NCBI GenBank assembly: GCA_965246885.1
Contig: OZ251992.1
Location: forward strand, 1,088,001 to 1,152,000
Reading direction: 5' to 3'
Source: Abditibacterium sp.
GTDB taxonomy: Bacteria > Armatimonadota > Abditibacteriia > Abditibacteriales > Abditibacteriaceae
Length of the DNA stretch: 64,000 nt
Numbering within the stretch: position 1 is the first letter of the stretch; each line of letters starts with the position of its first letter. Below, one piece after another: positions 44,890-54,610 of this stretch. Made by a program: the position numbers and the translations under genes. Below the pieces are notes generated by a model that was not told where the DNA came from, did no database searches, and saw only the letters and a list, made by a program, of their open reading frames with translations.

Positions 44890-46509
44890 TTATTCCCTGC
44901 AGATAGTTTCTTGACGCTTAATCGCCGCGCCCACCAGCCCCGCAAACAAGGGATGGGCGCGCGTCGGGCGGCTTTTGAATTCGGGGTGGAACTGCGAGGC
45001 GATAAAGAACGGGTGGCCCGACAACTCGATGATCTCCGCCAAGCGCTTGTCGGGGCTGGTGCCCGAAATGGTCAACCCCGCCGCTTCGAGGGCGCGGTGG
45101 TAGCGCGGATTGACCTCGAAGCGGTGGCGGTGGCGCTCCAAGATGAGTGACTCACCGTAAATCTTCTCGGCGAGCGTGCCCGGAGCAATCGCGCAAGGAT
45201 AAGCGCCCAGCCGCATAGTGCCGCCTTTTTGGTCAACGGCGCGTTGCTCTTTGAGCATGGCGATGACGGGGTGCGGCGTGTCGGGGTCGAACTCCGTCGA
45301 GTGCGCGCCGTCCAAATTGGCGACGTTGCGCCCGAACTCAATGACCGCCGTTTGCAAGCCCAGACACAATCCCAAGAAGGGCAAGCCGTTCTCCCGCGCG
45401 TATTTGATGGCGGCGATTTTCCCCTCGACGCCGCGCTCTCCAAAGCCGCCGGGGACGATCAGGGCGTCGCAGTCGGCGAGTTCCGCCGCCATTTGGTCGG
45501 GGTGTTCGGCGTTGACCCACTTGATTTGCGCGCTTGCGTCATTGGCGAGGGCGCCGTGTTCGATGGACTCCACGACCGAAATATAGGTGTCGGGCTGCGC
45601 GGCGCCGCTCATATATTTGGCGCACAGCGCGATTTTGACGCGGTACTTGGGCGCTTCCAATGTCCGTTCGATGCGCGCCCATCCCTCCAAGTGCGGCGTT
45701 TCATCGTGCAATTCCAGCCGCTTCAGGACGCGGCTGGCGAAGCCTTGGCGCTCGAAAGTGGTGGGCAGATGGTAGATATGCTCGGCGTCCAAGCCCTCAA
45801 TGATGGAGCCGGGGGCGATGTCGCAAAAGAGGGCGATTTTCTCCTTCATCTCCTTGGAAAGCGGCTCGCGCGTGCGGCAGATGAGGATGTCGGGGGTAAT
45901 GCCGATGTTGCGTAGCTCACGGACGGAGTGCTGCGTCGGCTTGGTCTTCATCTCGTTCTTCGGGCCGACGAAAGGAATGAGGGTGACGTGGACATACATC
46001 ACGTTCTCGAAGCCCTCGTCCATCTTCATCTGGCGGATGGCTTCGGTAAAGGGCAGGGATTCGATGTCGCCGATGGTGCCGCCTATTTCGATGATGGCCA
46101 CGTCCGCGTCGTTTTCGAGGGCGTTGGCGCGGATGCGGTCTTTGATTTCGTCGGTGATGTGCGGGATGACTTGGACGGTGTTGCCCAAGTAGTCGCCGCG
46201 CCGCTCGCGCTCGATGACCGAGCGATACACGGCGCCAGTCGTCATATTGGAAAGCGGCCCCAAGTCTTGGTCAACGAAGCGTTCGTAGTGCCCCAAGTCG
46301 AGATCGGTTTCGGCGCCATCCTCGGTCACGAACACTTCGCCGTGCTGGTGGGGGTTCATCGTGCCCGCGTCCACGTTGAGGTAGGGGTCTATCTTTTGGA
46401 TGGAGATTTTGAGGCCGCGCGCTTTGAGGAGGGTGCCAAGGCAGGCCGTAGCGATGCCTTTGCCGATGGACGACACGACGCCGCCGGTCACGAAAACATA
46501 TTTGGTCAT
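44890..46509 (-). CDS. pyrG: CTP synthase
   Basis: TKYVFVTGGVVSSIGKG, DPYLNVDAGTM, KTKPTQHSV, GLCLGLQ, ERHRHRFE, QFHPEFKS. Confidence 0.98.
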   Translation of the reverse strand: MTKYVFVTGGVVSSIGKGIATACLGTLLKARGLKISIQKIDPYLNVDAGTMNPHQHGEVFVTEDGAETDLDLGHYERFVDQDLGPLSNMTTGAVYRSVIERERRGDYLGNTVQVIPHITDEIKDRIRANALENDADVAIIEIGGTIGDIESLPFTEAIRQMKMDEGFENVMYVHVTLIPFVGPKNEMKTKPTQHSVRELRNIGITPDILICRTREPLSKEMKEKIALFCDIAPGSIIEGLDAEHIYHLPTTFERQGFASRVLKRLELHDETPHLEGWARIERTLEAPKYRVKIALCAKYMSGAAQPDTYISVVESIEHGALANDASAQIKWVNAEHPDQMAAELADCDALIVPGGFGERGVEGKIAAIKYARENGLPFLGLCLGLQTAVIEFGRNVANLDGAHSTEFDPDTPHPVIAMLKEQRAVDQKGGTMRLGAYPCAIAPGTLAEKIYGESLILERHRHRFEVNPRYHRALEAAGLTISGTSPDKRLAEIIELSGHPFFIASQFHPEFKSRPTRAHPLFAGLVGAAIKRQETICRE

Positions 46510-46578
46510 GGAAAAACTGGGAGGCGCAAGGCCCTTTGTATTTTACCAGCCGCCCCGGTCGCTACACTTGCCCCCCTC

Positions 46579-46908
46579 ATGGCAGACACCATTTTCGGGC
46601 GCATCGCGCGCGGCGAAGTGCCCGTGCAACTCGTGCATAAGGACGACATCTGCGTCGCGTTCAACGACCTGTCGCCCCAAGCGCCGGTTCACGTTCTTGT
46701 CATCCCGCGCGCCCCGTTCGCCAGCATCCTCGAAGCCGACGACGCCACCATCGGCCACGTCATGAACGTCGCCGCGCAGTTGGGTGAGCAGTTCTGCCCC
46801 GAAGGATTCCGCTTAGTGACGAACACCGGGCGCGACGGCGGCCAAAGCGTTTATCACTGGCATGTCCACATCCTCGGCGGACGCGAACTCGGCTGGCCAC
46901 CGGGCTGA
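46579..46908 (+). CDS. HIT-family nucleotide-binding protein
   Basis: DTIFGRI.RGEVP, DLSPQAPVHVLVIP, GGQSVYHWHVHILGGR.LGWPPG. Confidence 0.92.
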   Translation: MADTIFGRIARGEVPVQLVHKDDICVAFNDLSPQAPVHVLVIPRAPFASILEADDATIGHVMNVAAQLGEQFCPEGFRLVTNTGRDGGQSVYHWHVHILGGRELGWPPG

Positions 46909-48198
46909 ACTCGCGCCCACCAACCTTTGCGCGCGCCGGTCGCACTCGCGGGCGATTTGCGCGAAGTCGAGCGTCTCGAAGCGCCGCGCTCGCAGGAGAA
47001 AGCGCCCGCCGGCGAGGGTCGAGTGAACGTCGCCCGCGCCTGCGGCATAAACCAGCAGGGAGGTGATGTTGTGGCGCGGATAAAGGTGCGGCACGTCGAA
47101 GTCAACTAACACGCAGTCGGCGCGCTTGCCGACTTCGAGGCTGCCCGTCTCAGCGTCGAGTCCCAAGCAGCGCGCGCCTTCGATGGTCGCCATGCGCAGG
47201 GCTTGGAGGGCGGATACGGCGGTGGCGTCGCCTGTCGCGCCTTTGTGGAGGGTGGCCGCGAGGCGCATTTCTTCCCACAAGTCGAGGTTGTTGTTGCTCG
47301 CCGTGCCGTCGGGCGCAAGGCCAACGGGGATGCCGCGCCTTAAGTAGTCCGGGATGGGCGCGATGCCGGAGCCAAGTTTCAGGTTGGACTGCGGGTTGTG
47401 CGCGACGAAGAACGGGCGTTTTTCCATAATGTCGCGGTCGAGGGCGTTGGTATGAACGCAGTGCGCCGCGAGAAGCGGCCCTTGGAGGGCGCCAATGCGG
47501 TCGAGGGTTTGGATGGGCGACTGTCCCCACCCGGCGGTCACGTCTGCGACTTCGCGCTCGGTTTCCGATGCGTGCGTCGTGATGCGCGCGCCTTCTTCGC
47601 CCGCAATTTCGATTAGCTTGCCCCACTGCGCCGCGTCGCAGGTGTAAAGCGAGTGCGGCGCGAGGAAGGGCGTCACCAAGTCGTGCCCTCGAAAGTCGCG
47701 CACAAACTCGCGCGCGGCGCGGATTTTGTCGTCGGCGCCCGGCAAAAATCCGAGCAAGACCGCGCCGGGGCACATCCGCAGCCCACTTTCCAAGGCCGCT
47801 TCGACGCCGCGCCGCTCGTGGAAATACATATCGCAAAACGTCGTCGTACCGCCGCGAATCATCTCCGCGCACGCGAGGAGCGTTCCCCAAAGGACGTCGT
47901 CGCCCGTCAGGTTTGCCTCGAACGGCCATATCTTAGTTTGCAACCACTCTTCAAGGGGCAAGTCGTCGGCGTAGGAGCGCAGAAGCGTCATCCCGGCGTG
48001 CGTGTGGGTGTTGACCAGCCCCGGCATCGCCACTAAATGCGCGCTCTCTACCACCTCGTCCGCCGCGAAGTCGGGCGCGAGGGCGCGCGGCCCGACGTAC
48101 GTGAAGCGCCCGTCCGCAATATGAATGGCGGGGCTGTCGAGGGTTTGGAAGTCGGCGCCGCACCCAACGGCGACGAGCGGGAAGAGAGCGATTTTCAC
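46813..48198 (-). CDS. Amidohydrolase, MtaD/5'-methylthioadenosine-SAH deaminase-like
   Basis: MPGLVNTHTH, GTTTFCDMY, APHSLYT, HASET, AAHCV, HNPQSNLKLGSG, DGTASNN, GSLEVGKRAD. Confidence 0.88.
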   Translation of the reverse strand: MKIALFPLVAVGCGADFQTLDSPAIHIADGRFTYVGPRALAPDFAADEVVESAHLVAMPGLVNTHTHAGMTLLRSYADDLPLEEWLQTKIWPFEANLTGDDVLWGTLLACAEMIRGGTTTFCDMYFHERRGVEAALESGLRMCPGAVLLGFLPGADDKIRAAREFVRDFRGHDLVTPFLAPHSLYTCDAAQWGKLIEIAGEEGARITTHASETEREVADVTAGWGQSPIQTLDRIGALQGPLLAAHCVHTNALDRDIMEKRPFFVAHNPQSNLKLGSGIAPIPDYLRRGIPVGLAPDGTASNNNLDLWEEMRLAATLHKGATGDATAVSALQALRMATIEGARCLGLDAETGSLEVGKRADCVLVDFDVPHLYPRHNITSLLVYAAGAGDVHSTLAGGRFLLRARRFETLDFAQIARECDRRAQRLVGASSARWPAEFASAEDVDMPVINALAAVAPGVRH

Positions 48199-48258
48199 GG
48201 CGTGCCAGTGTGGGCGTTTCCTCTGCTCTTGAAAACCAGCAAACTGGGAGGCAACAAA

Positions 48259-49245
48259 ATGAACTTCTCCGATTTAGCGAGCAAAGCCCTGCGCGACGAA
48301 CCCCTTTCCCGCGACGAAGCGCGCGCCGTCCTGTGCGCGTCCGCCACCGACTTCGAGGCCGTGATGAGCGCGGCCTTGCAAGTGCGCGAAGCCCACTTCG
48401 GGCGCCGCGTCAAGCTCTGCTTGCTCCTCAATGCGCAGTCCGGCATCTGCCCTGAAGACTGCTCTTACTGCTCGCAGTCGAAGGTTTCCAAGGCGCCGGT
48501 CGAGAAATATCGCCTCTTGCCGTCCGAGGCCATTGTCGCCCGCGCGCAGGAAGCGGTCGAGGCGGGCGCGACGCGCTTTTGCATGGCTATCGCCGCGCGC
48601 GGCGCAACCGAGCGCGACATCACGCACATCGGCGACGCCGTCGCGCAAATCAAGGCCGACCCCCGCACGAGCCACCTCGAAATCTGCACCAGCTTGGGCC
48701 TGCTCAACGAGCAAAAGTGCCGCGACCTCAAAGCGGCGGGCGTGGATTACGTCAACCACAACCTCAACTCCGGCCCCAACTACTACCCCCGCATCTGCTC
48801 GACCCACACCTTCGCCGACCGCGTCGAAACCTTGCGCAACGTGCAAAGCGCCGGGTTGAATACCTGCGCGGGCGGGATAGTTGGCTTGGGCGAGAGCATA
48901 GACGATCTGCTGGACATGGCGTTCGCACTGCGCGAGTTGGGCGTGACTTCCATCCCCATCAACGTTTTGCTGCGCATCAAGGGCGTCTCGCTCGAAAACC
49001 AAGCGCCGGTTACTGGCCAACACGCCTTGCAAGCGATGTGTCTCATGCGCCTGACCAATCCCCGCGCCGAAGTGCGTGCGGCGGCGGGCCGCGAGAAATT
49101 GGGCGACTTGCAGCCACGCACCCTCTGGCCCGCCAACTCGCTGTTCGTGGACGGCTACCTCACCACCCCCGGAGAAAGCGCCGCGACCGTGCGCGCTTGG
49201 GTCGAGGGCGCGGGGTTTGAAGTGGAAACGCCCGTCGCCGCCTGA
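48259..49245 (+). CDS. bioB: Biotin synthase
   Basis: CPEDCSYCSQS radical SAM motif, C.SLG, NHNL, GGIVGLGE, SIPIN, ANSLF...YLTT. Confidence 0.95.
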   Translation: MNFSDLASKALRDEPLSRDEARAVLCASATDFEAVMSAALQVREAHFGRRVKLCLLLNAQSGICPEDCSYCSQSKVSKAPVEKYRLLPSEAIVARAQEAVEAGATRFCMAIAARGATERDITHIGDAVAQIKADPRTSHLEICTSLGLLNEQKCRDLKAAGVDYVNHNLNSGPNYYPRICSTHTFADRVETLRNVQSAGLNTCAGGIVGLGESIDDLLDMAFALRELGVTSIPINVLLRIKGVSLENQAPVTGQHALQAMCLMRLTNPRAEVRAAAGREKLGDLQPRTLWPANSLFVDGYLTTPGESAATVRAWVEGAGFEVETPVAA

Positions 49246-49251
49246 GCGCCC

Positions 49252-49440
49252 TCATCGGCGCCGCTCGTCCTCATCGTCGTCGAACATCGCCGCGTTGATT
49301 TGCCCCTGCACGTCGGCTTTCATCCTGTTGACTTTGCGGATGAAGCGGCCCGCTTGACGCGCCAAGTCCGGCAGCTTGTCCGGGCCGAACAAGACCAGCA
49401 CGATGACCATAATTACGAAGAGTTCGCCGGTTCCGGGCAT
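49252..49440 (-). CDS. TatA/TatB-family subunit
   Basis: MPGTGELFVIMVIVLVLFGPDKLPDLARQAG. Confidence 0.85.
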   Translation of the reverse strand: MPGTGELFVIMVIVLVLFGPDKLPDLARQAGRFIRKVNRMKADVQGQINAAMFDDDEDERRR

Positions 49441-49442
49441 GA

Positions 49443-50669
49443 TTAAAGCGCGCTCACTCCCGCGCCCGATAACAGTTTGACTCGCACCCGCGCGCCTGCG
49501 GGAAGGGAGGCCGTTTCCGGCCCGATTTCCAACAGGGCATCCGCGCGCGCCATCGTGGACAAGCGCCCCGACCCTTGGTTGCCCGTCGCCGCCGCGAGGA
49601 GGCCGTCCGCGCTTTGATGCAACCCCACGCGCACGAACTCCGTCCGGCCAAGCGGCGAGCGCACGGCGCTTTCGAGCGTTGCCTCGACTTCGAGCCGTCG
49701 CCACGCCCGCACGCCTGCCATGTGCAACAGGGCGGGGCGAACGAACTCCTCGAACGTGACCATCACCGACGCGGGGTTGCCCGGCAGGGCGAAGACGGGT
49801 ACTCCCCCGAACGAGGCAAAGAGAAGCGGCTTGCCGGGGCGGATGTTGACCTTCCAAAAATGCACCTCGGCGCCTTGAAGGAGGAGGTCGCGCATCGGGT
49901 CGAAGTCGCCCGCTGACACGCCGCCGCTCGAAATCAATACGTCAGCGTCCGCCATAGCTGCGCGGACGGTTGCCGCGACTTCCTCGGCGCCGTCCCCGGT
50001 GCGGTGAAAGCCCGCCACATGCGCGCCGCACTCCCCCACAAGCGCGCGAAGCGCCCAACTGTTCGAGTCGCGGATTTGCCCTGCTTCAAGCGGAGCATCG
50101 GTGGCCACGAGTTCCGCTCCGGTAACGACGATGGCAACGCGCGGGCGCCGGAAAACTTCGACGCGCGCGCATCCCAATGAAGCGAGCAGGGCATGAGCGG
50201 CGGCGTTCACTACGGCTCCAGCGCGAAACACGGTCTCGCCCATCCGCACATCCTCGCCGATGGAACGCACGTTTTGACCGGCGCGCGCGGCCTCGTGGAA
50301 CTCGACGCGCCCACTCTCTTCGCGGGTTTCCTCTCGCATCACGACGCAATCAGCGCCGTCAGGAAGCGGCGCGCCGGTCATGATTTTGATGCAAGTTCCC
50401 GGCTCAACTATGCGCTTCGCGACTTCGCCCGCGCCGATGGTTTCGAGAAGCGCGAGAGTTTGCGGCGCGGTGGCCAAATCGGTGGCGCGCGCGGCGTAGC
50501 CATCCATCGCGGAATTGGCAAAGGGCGGCAGATCGAGCGACGCCACAACATCACTCGCCAACACGCGGCCCAAAGCGCGTTCGTGGGGAATAGTTTCGGC
50601 GAGGAGCGGCCCGACGCGGCCCGCGATAATGGCGCGGGCCGCGTCGGGTTCGAGGGGATGGGAGTTCAC
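49443..50669 (-). CDS. moeA: Molybdopterin molybdotransferase
   Basis: PPFANSAMDGYA, IMTGAPLP.GAD, TGAEL, SSGGVSAG, RPGKP, LPGNPAS. Confidence 0.95.
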   Translation of the reverse strand: MNSHPLEPDAARAIIAGRVGPLLAETIPHERALGRVLASDVVASLDLPPFANSAMDGYAARATDLATAPQTLALLETIGAGEVAKRIVEPGTCIKIMTGAPLPDGADCVVMREETREESGRVEFHEAARAGQNVRSIGEDVRMGETVFRAGAVVNAAAHALLASLGCARVEVFRRPRVAIVVTGAELVATDAPLEAGQIRDSNSWALRALVGECGAHVAGFHRTGDGAEEVAATVRAAMADADVLISSGGVSAGDFDPMRDLLLQGAEVHFWKVNIRPGKPLLFASFGGVPVFALPGNPASVMVTFEEFVRPALLHMAGVRAWRRLEVEATLESAVRSPLGRTEFVRVGLHQSADGLLAAATGNQGSGRLSTMARADALLEIGPETASLPAGARVRVKLLSGAGVSAL

Positions 50670-50714
50670 AGCAGGCAGTTTAGATGAGCGGTTGCCCACT
50701 GCCTCGTGGGAGGG

Positions 50715-52571
50715 TTAACCGCCGCCGCCAGCGGTGATACCGGTGTCGCCCGCCGCCGCGATGCTGTCATCGTCTCCGGCGCGGTGGATGATGCGCGCGG
50801 TGAGGAAGATGATCAGTTCCGCTTCGGCTTCGGAGTTACTTTTTCTGCCGAAGAACTGGCCGATGAAGGGTACATCACTGAGGAGAGGAACTCTGGTGTG
50901 GTCAACGTTGACGGTTTTGGTGCGCAAACCGCCCAAAGCGATGGTTTCACCGTCGCGCACGTTGGCGATGGTGCGCAGCGATTGCGAGGTGATGGTGCCC
51001 GCACCAAGGCTGTTGGGGATGCCTTGACTTTCCAGTTGCGGCTCCATCAACACGGTAATGGTGTTATCGTTGTTGATGGTAGGGGTGACGTTCAACCCGA
51101 TGCTCGTCGTGACGTAGAAGACCTGCTGACTCGTGTTTTGGGTGGTCGAGTTGTTGGCGATGGTGCTGGTCGTGGTGAGGACGATGGGCGTCGAGGTGGA
51201 CTGCTCGATGTTGGCGGTGAGGTTGTTAATGGCGAGCACGCGCGGCGCCGTAAGAATTTTGCCGCGTCCGGTGTTGATGGCCGCCGAAATGTTCGCTTGG
51301 AAGTTGCCTTTGAGGTAGCTAACGACTAAGCCGCTACTGGTGGTGTTACCGGTGTTGGAAGCGGTGGTGTTGCCGCGTGCGCTACTAAAGTCGAGGCCAT
51401 AGGAGCGCGCGTCACTGGTGTTGATGGACAGGAACTGCGCTTCGATTTCGACTTGGCGCAGGGGGCGGTCTAAAAAGCGGATGGTCGCCGCTAACTCTGC
51501 GGCGCCTTGAGGCGTGCCAAAGACAAGAAGAGCGTTTTGCGGGTCAACAGCGACGATGCGGTCTACGCCGGTGGGCAACTGGAATACGCCACCGCCATTG
51601 CCGCCGCCACGTCCACCCACGCCGCCACGTTGACCGCCGCCGAAGTTTCCTTGACCGCCTTGGCCACCGAAGCCTTGGCCAAACTGGGCGTCGGCGTAGG
51701 TCTGCATTACATCGGCGTTGGAGTTGACGTAGGGATTGGCGCTCGGCACCACGCCTTGCGTGTTGAACCCTTGGCCGCCGAAGCTTGACCTTCCCGAACT
51801 CACGTTCTGATTGGAGCCGTTGAGGGCTTGGAATCTGACAGGCCCCTTCGAGTATTGGCGCTCCAACTCACCGTTCTGCTTGATTTCGATGGGCGCTTCG
51901 TGGTTGGCGGGGTCGAGCCAATAGGCCATCAAGCTGGGCTTGACGTTGCGGAGCGACATGCGGAAATCGCGCTTGCGAGCGTCGCCGGTGCTGGAAATTT
52001 TGACGAGGGCCGGCTCCTCATCGTTTGTGGTTACACCCGATCCCGGCGTGCCGAAGGGGTCAAGAGCCGCGTCCGAGGCGCGCGTTCTGCTCTGTGCCCC
52101 ACCTGCGAAACCGGCCTGAATGGGCGGAAAATCCGGCACGATGGACGTGGTGGCGTTGATGGCTTGGGGCAGGGGGGCAGCTTTGGAGATGATGTAAGTG
52201 CCGTCCACTTTCTCGCACGACAGCCCGGCGGTGCGGGTAACGGTGGTGATGGCTTGCTCTGCCGTGACGTCCTTGAGGTTGATGGTTGCAATGGTGCCCG
52301 ACACGTCGCCCGCAACGGCGATGGGCACGTCGAACTGCGTCGAGATCATGGACAAAAGCTCGGTGACGCTCACGCCCTTAAAAGTCATCGTGTCAATTTT
52401 GGGCTTGACGTCCGATGGCACGACTGGCGCCGCGACGGGAGAGGGCACCGGAGCGACACGGCTATCGGAGGGCACAATGGATGGCACACTTTGCGCCCAG
52501 ACAGCGGACGGCACGAGCAGGGCACCGGCCACAACGAGGGTCGCGGGGTGCAAACGGAGAAAGGTGGACAT
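50715..52571 (-). CDS. Secretin (PilQ/GspD-like)
   Basis: Signal peptide, N0/STN-like domain, VDPQNALLVFG...LDRPLRQVEIEA, ILTAPRV..NN, GLNVTPTIN, VRDGETIALGGL, VPLLSDVPFIG.FF, ELIIFLT. Confidence 0.9.
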   Translation of the reverse strand: MSTFLRLHPATLVVAGALLVPSAVWAQSVPSIVPSDSRVAPVPSPVAAPVVPSDVKPKIDTMTFKGVSVTELLSMISTQFDVPIAVAGDVSGTIATINLKDVTAEQAITTVTRTAGLSCEKVDGTYIISKAAPLPQAINATTSIVPDFPPIQAGFAGGAQSRTRASDAALDPFGTPGSGVTTNDEEPALVKISSTGDARKRDFRMSLRNVKPSLMAYWLDPANHEAPIEIKQNGELERQYSKGPVRFQALNGSNQNVSSGRSSFGGQGFNTQGVVPSANPYVNSNADVMQTYADAQFGQGFGGQGGQGNFGGGQRGGVGGRGGGNGGGVFQLPTGVDRIVAVDPQNALLVFGTPQGAAELAATIRFLDRPLRQVEIEAQFLSINTSDARSYGLDFSSARGNTTASNTGNTTSSGLVVSYLKGNFQANISAAINTGRGKILTAPRVLAINNLTANIEQSTSTPIVLTTTSTIANNSTTQNTSQQVFYVTTSIGLNVTPTINNDNTITVLMEPQLESQGIPNSLGAGTITSQSLRTIANVRDGETIALGGLRTKTVNVDHTRVPLLSDVPFIGQFFGRKSNSEAEAELIIFLTARIIHRAGDDDSIAAAGDTGITAGGGG

Positions 52572-52610
52572 GGTCGAAGATCGAGAACGGGAAAGAAAGG
52601 GAAAAGTCAA

Positions 52611-53492
52611 CTAAAAGCCAAAGCCCCGGCTACCGCCGCCACCAAAGCTGCTGCCGCCGCCGCCACCACCAAAGCTGCTGCCGCCGCCACCAAAGCTGCT
52701 GCCACTGCCCCCGCCGATGCCGGTGACGCCAAAGCCGCCGCCGCTTCCGCTCCGGTTGTTGCCGCCGCCGAAGCTACTGTTGCCACCTCCCCGGTTGCCG
52801 CCGAAACTGCTACCCCCGCCCCCACCGCCCCCACTGCTGGGGGGCGACACGAACGGCTCGGTGGCAATGACGCTGGAGTTGTTGAACAATTGCGCGATGC
52901 CGCCCGCGTAGATGTGGCGCACGGTCAGCAGGATAACTTTCTTGCCTGCAGTAGACGAGGTGCCGGTGCCGCCGGGTTGGGCGACGGTTTGGGCGTTCGC
53001 TTGAATGGAAACTGAAGGCACCAACTCGAAGTTGGTGTTGTTGCCGTTGTCCAATGGGGCGCCGCCAAACGGGTTGGCGGGCACGTTGCCGATGCCGCCG
53101 GGGGTGCGCCCCATGCCCGGAAATGCGCTCGGAGCGCCGGGAAGACCGCCCGCGCCGGGTTGCAGAATCGGCTCGCGCGGCTCGACCAAATAGGAACCGT
53201 CGGCGCCGCGCGACACCTTGAAGTTGTTTTGATTGGCAAGGGCGCGCAGGGCCGAGTCCCACTGGATGTTTTGCAGGGTAATGGAGCCGATGGCCACTTG
53301 CGAGGCCGCCGGGTCAATGGTGTGGGTGGGGTTGTTGGCGGCTTGGAAAATCATCTCCAGCGCACTGTTTAGGGTAGTGTCTTTGAATTCGACGGTCGAA
53401 AAGCGGGGCGTGGTTTGCGCGTGCGCCGGAGCGACACCCAGCGACAAACCAGTGGCGGTCGAAAGCAGCAATACGGTCGGAATGTGTTTCAT
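52611..53492 (-). CDS. Secreted STN/N0-domain protein with Gly/Ser/Phe-rich tail
   Basis: Signal peptide; VEFKDTTL.SALEMIF...ITLQNI.WDSAL..L.......DGSYLV resembles the secretin N-terminus; GGGGSSF repeats. Confidence 0.7.
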   Translation of the reverse strand: MKHIPTVLLLSTATGLSLGVAPAHAQTTPRFSTVEFKDTTLNSALEMIFQAANNPTHTIDPAASQVAIGSITLQNIQWDSALRALANQNNFKVSRGADGSYLVEPREPILQPGAGGLPGAPSAFPGMGRTPGGIGNVPANPFGGAPLDNGNNTNFELVPSVSIQANAQTVAQPGGTGTSSTAGKKVILLTVRHIYAGGIAQLFNNSSVIATEPFVSPPSSGGGGGGGSSFGGNRGGGNSSFGGGNNRSGSGGGFGVTGIGGGSGSSFGGGGSSFGGGGGGSSFGGGGSRGFGF

Positions 53493-53581
53493 GGAAATGG
53501 TTTTGGGTGCGCCAAGGGCGCGGATAGAGGAGCGGACGCAAGCCCGTTCAGTAAGTTCGCAGTCGAGGGAACGGGCGCAGT

Positions 53582-54472
53582 TTAACCGCCTCCGCCTCCC
53601 GGCCCCGCTCCCCCGGCGGCTCCCGTTGTTTGGGCTTGCGCACCGGGGCGCAGTTCGACGTATTTTTGCGAGCCATCGGTGTCGCGCACGAGCATGCGCG
53701 TGACCGTGCCGCCCCCTTGCGGGGTGCGCTCGATGCTGATCACGCGGATGCCCTCGACATCGTCGCCCGGTTGCACGACGCGTTGCTCGCCCGACGGCAA
53801 CTCCAGCAATGCCCGCACGCCATCACCGATAATGACGCCCGCCAGCCGTTTATCATACGACTGGCTCGGCGCCCCACTTGTGTCGCCACTCGAAGTGCGC
53901 GGAAGCGGAAAGGCATCGCGCGGCCCAATTGTAGTGGACGAGCGGGGAATTGAGGGCGACCCAATGTTAAGAGGCTCGGCTACCGCCGCCCGCACGCGCG
54001 GGTCGGAGATGGCGGGCAAGCTAACTGGGCCACCGAACGCGTCGGGTTTGGGCAAGATGATTTGAGGGTCGGGAGTGGTGGGGATGGGAGTTGGCGGGAG
54101 CGGGGGCAACAAGTAAACCGGCTTAAACGGGTCAACGCGCGAGCGGGACACGAACACGACGGGTTGTGCGGGCGTCGCTGCCGTAGCGGGTGCTGCGGCT
54201 CCTAAGACTACTGGCTGAGCGGGCGAGACGGGAGCCGCGCCCGTTAGCGGCTTCACCGGTGGGGGAACAAACGTCGGAGGTGGGTTGAGCGTTGTCGTCG
54301 CGGTGGTCGAGCCTCCGCCGCTCAACAGGCCGGGCAAGTACATAACGCCCACGATTAAAGTCAGCAGACCCACGACGCCCAAACCGGCAAATGTGCGTTT
54401 CTGCTGGGTCGTGAACTCCCTTTTGGGTTTAGGTGTGTCGCCGGTTGGCGGCGTTGCTCCTGCGGTTGCCAT
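53582..54472 (-). CDS. PilP-like/accessory pilus assembly protein
   Basis: TM segment, SRVDPFKP, RLAGVIIGDGVRALLE...VVQPGD.V; position in the pilMNO operon. Confidence 0.65.
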   Translation of the reverse strand: MATAGATPPTGDTPKPKREFTTQQKRTFAGLGVVGLLTLIVGVMYLPGLLSGGGSTTATTTLNPPPTFVPPPVKPLTGAAPVSPAQPVVLGAAAPATAATPAQPVVFVSRSRVDPFKPVYLLPPLPPTPIPTTPDPQIILPKPDAFGGPVSLPAISDPRVRAAVAEPLNIGSPSIPRSSTTIGPRDAFPLPRTSSGDTSGAPSQSYDKRLAGVIIGDGVRALLELPSGEQRVVQPGDDVEGIRVISIERTPQGGGTVTRMLVRDTDGSQKYVELRPGAQAQTTGAAGGAGPGGGGG

Positions 54473-54610
54473 AATGAAAAAGCGGCTTTAATGCCGTGTC
54501 GCGGATTTTCCTTGCTTCATAGAGGTCTGAGCGCGCCCGAAGTTGCGCTCATTCCCGTTTCTCTTGTGCTTCTGGGTAGAAACGTTCTGACCAGTGTGAA
54601 CCCAGCCCCT

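Noticed and set aside
52620..52830. CCGCCGCCACCAAAGCTGCTG repeats as a fourth 21-bp array
   Set aside because: They are coding GGGGSSF repeats in the tail of the 52611-53492 protein
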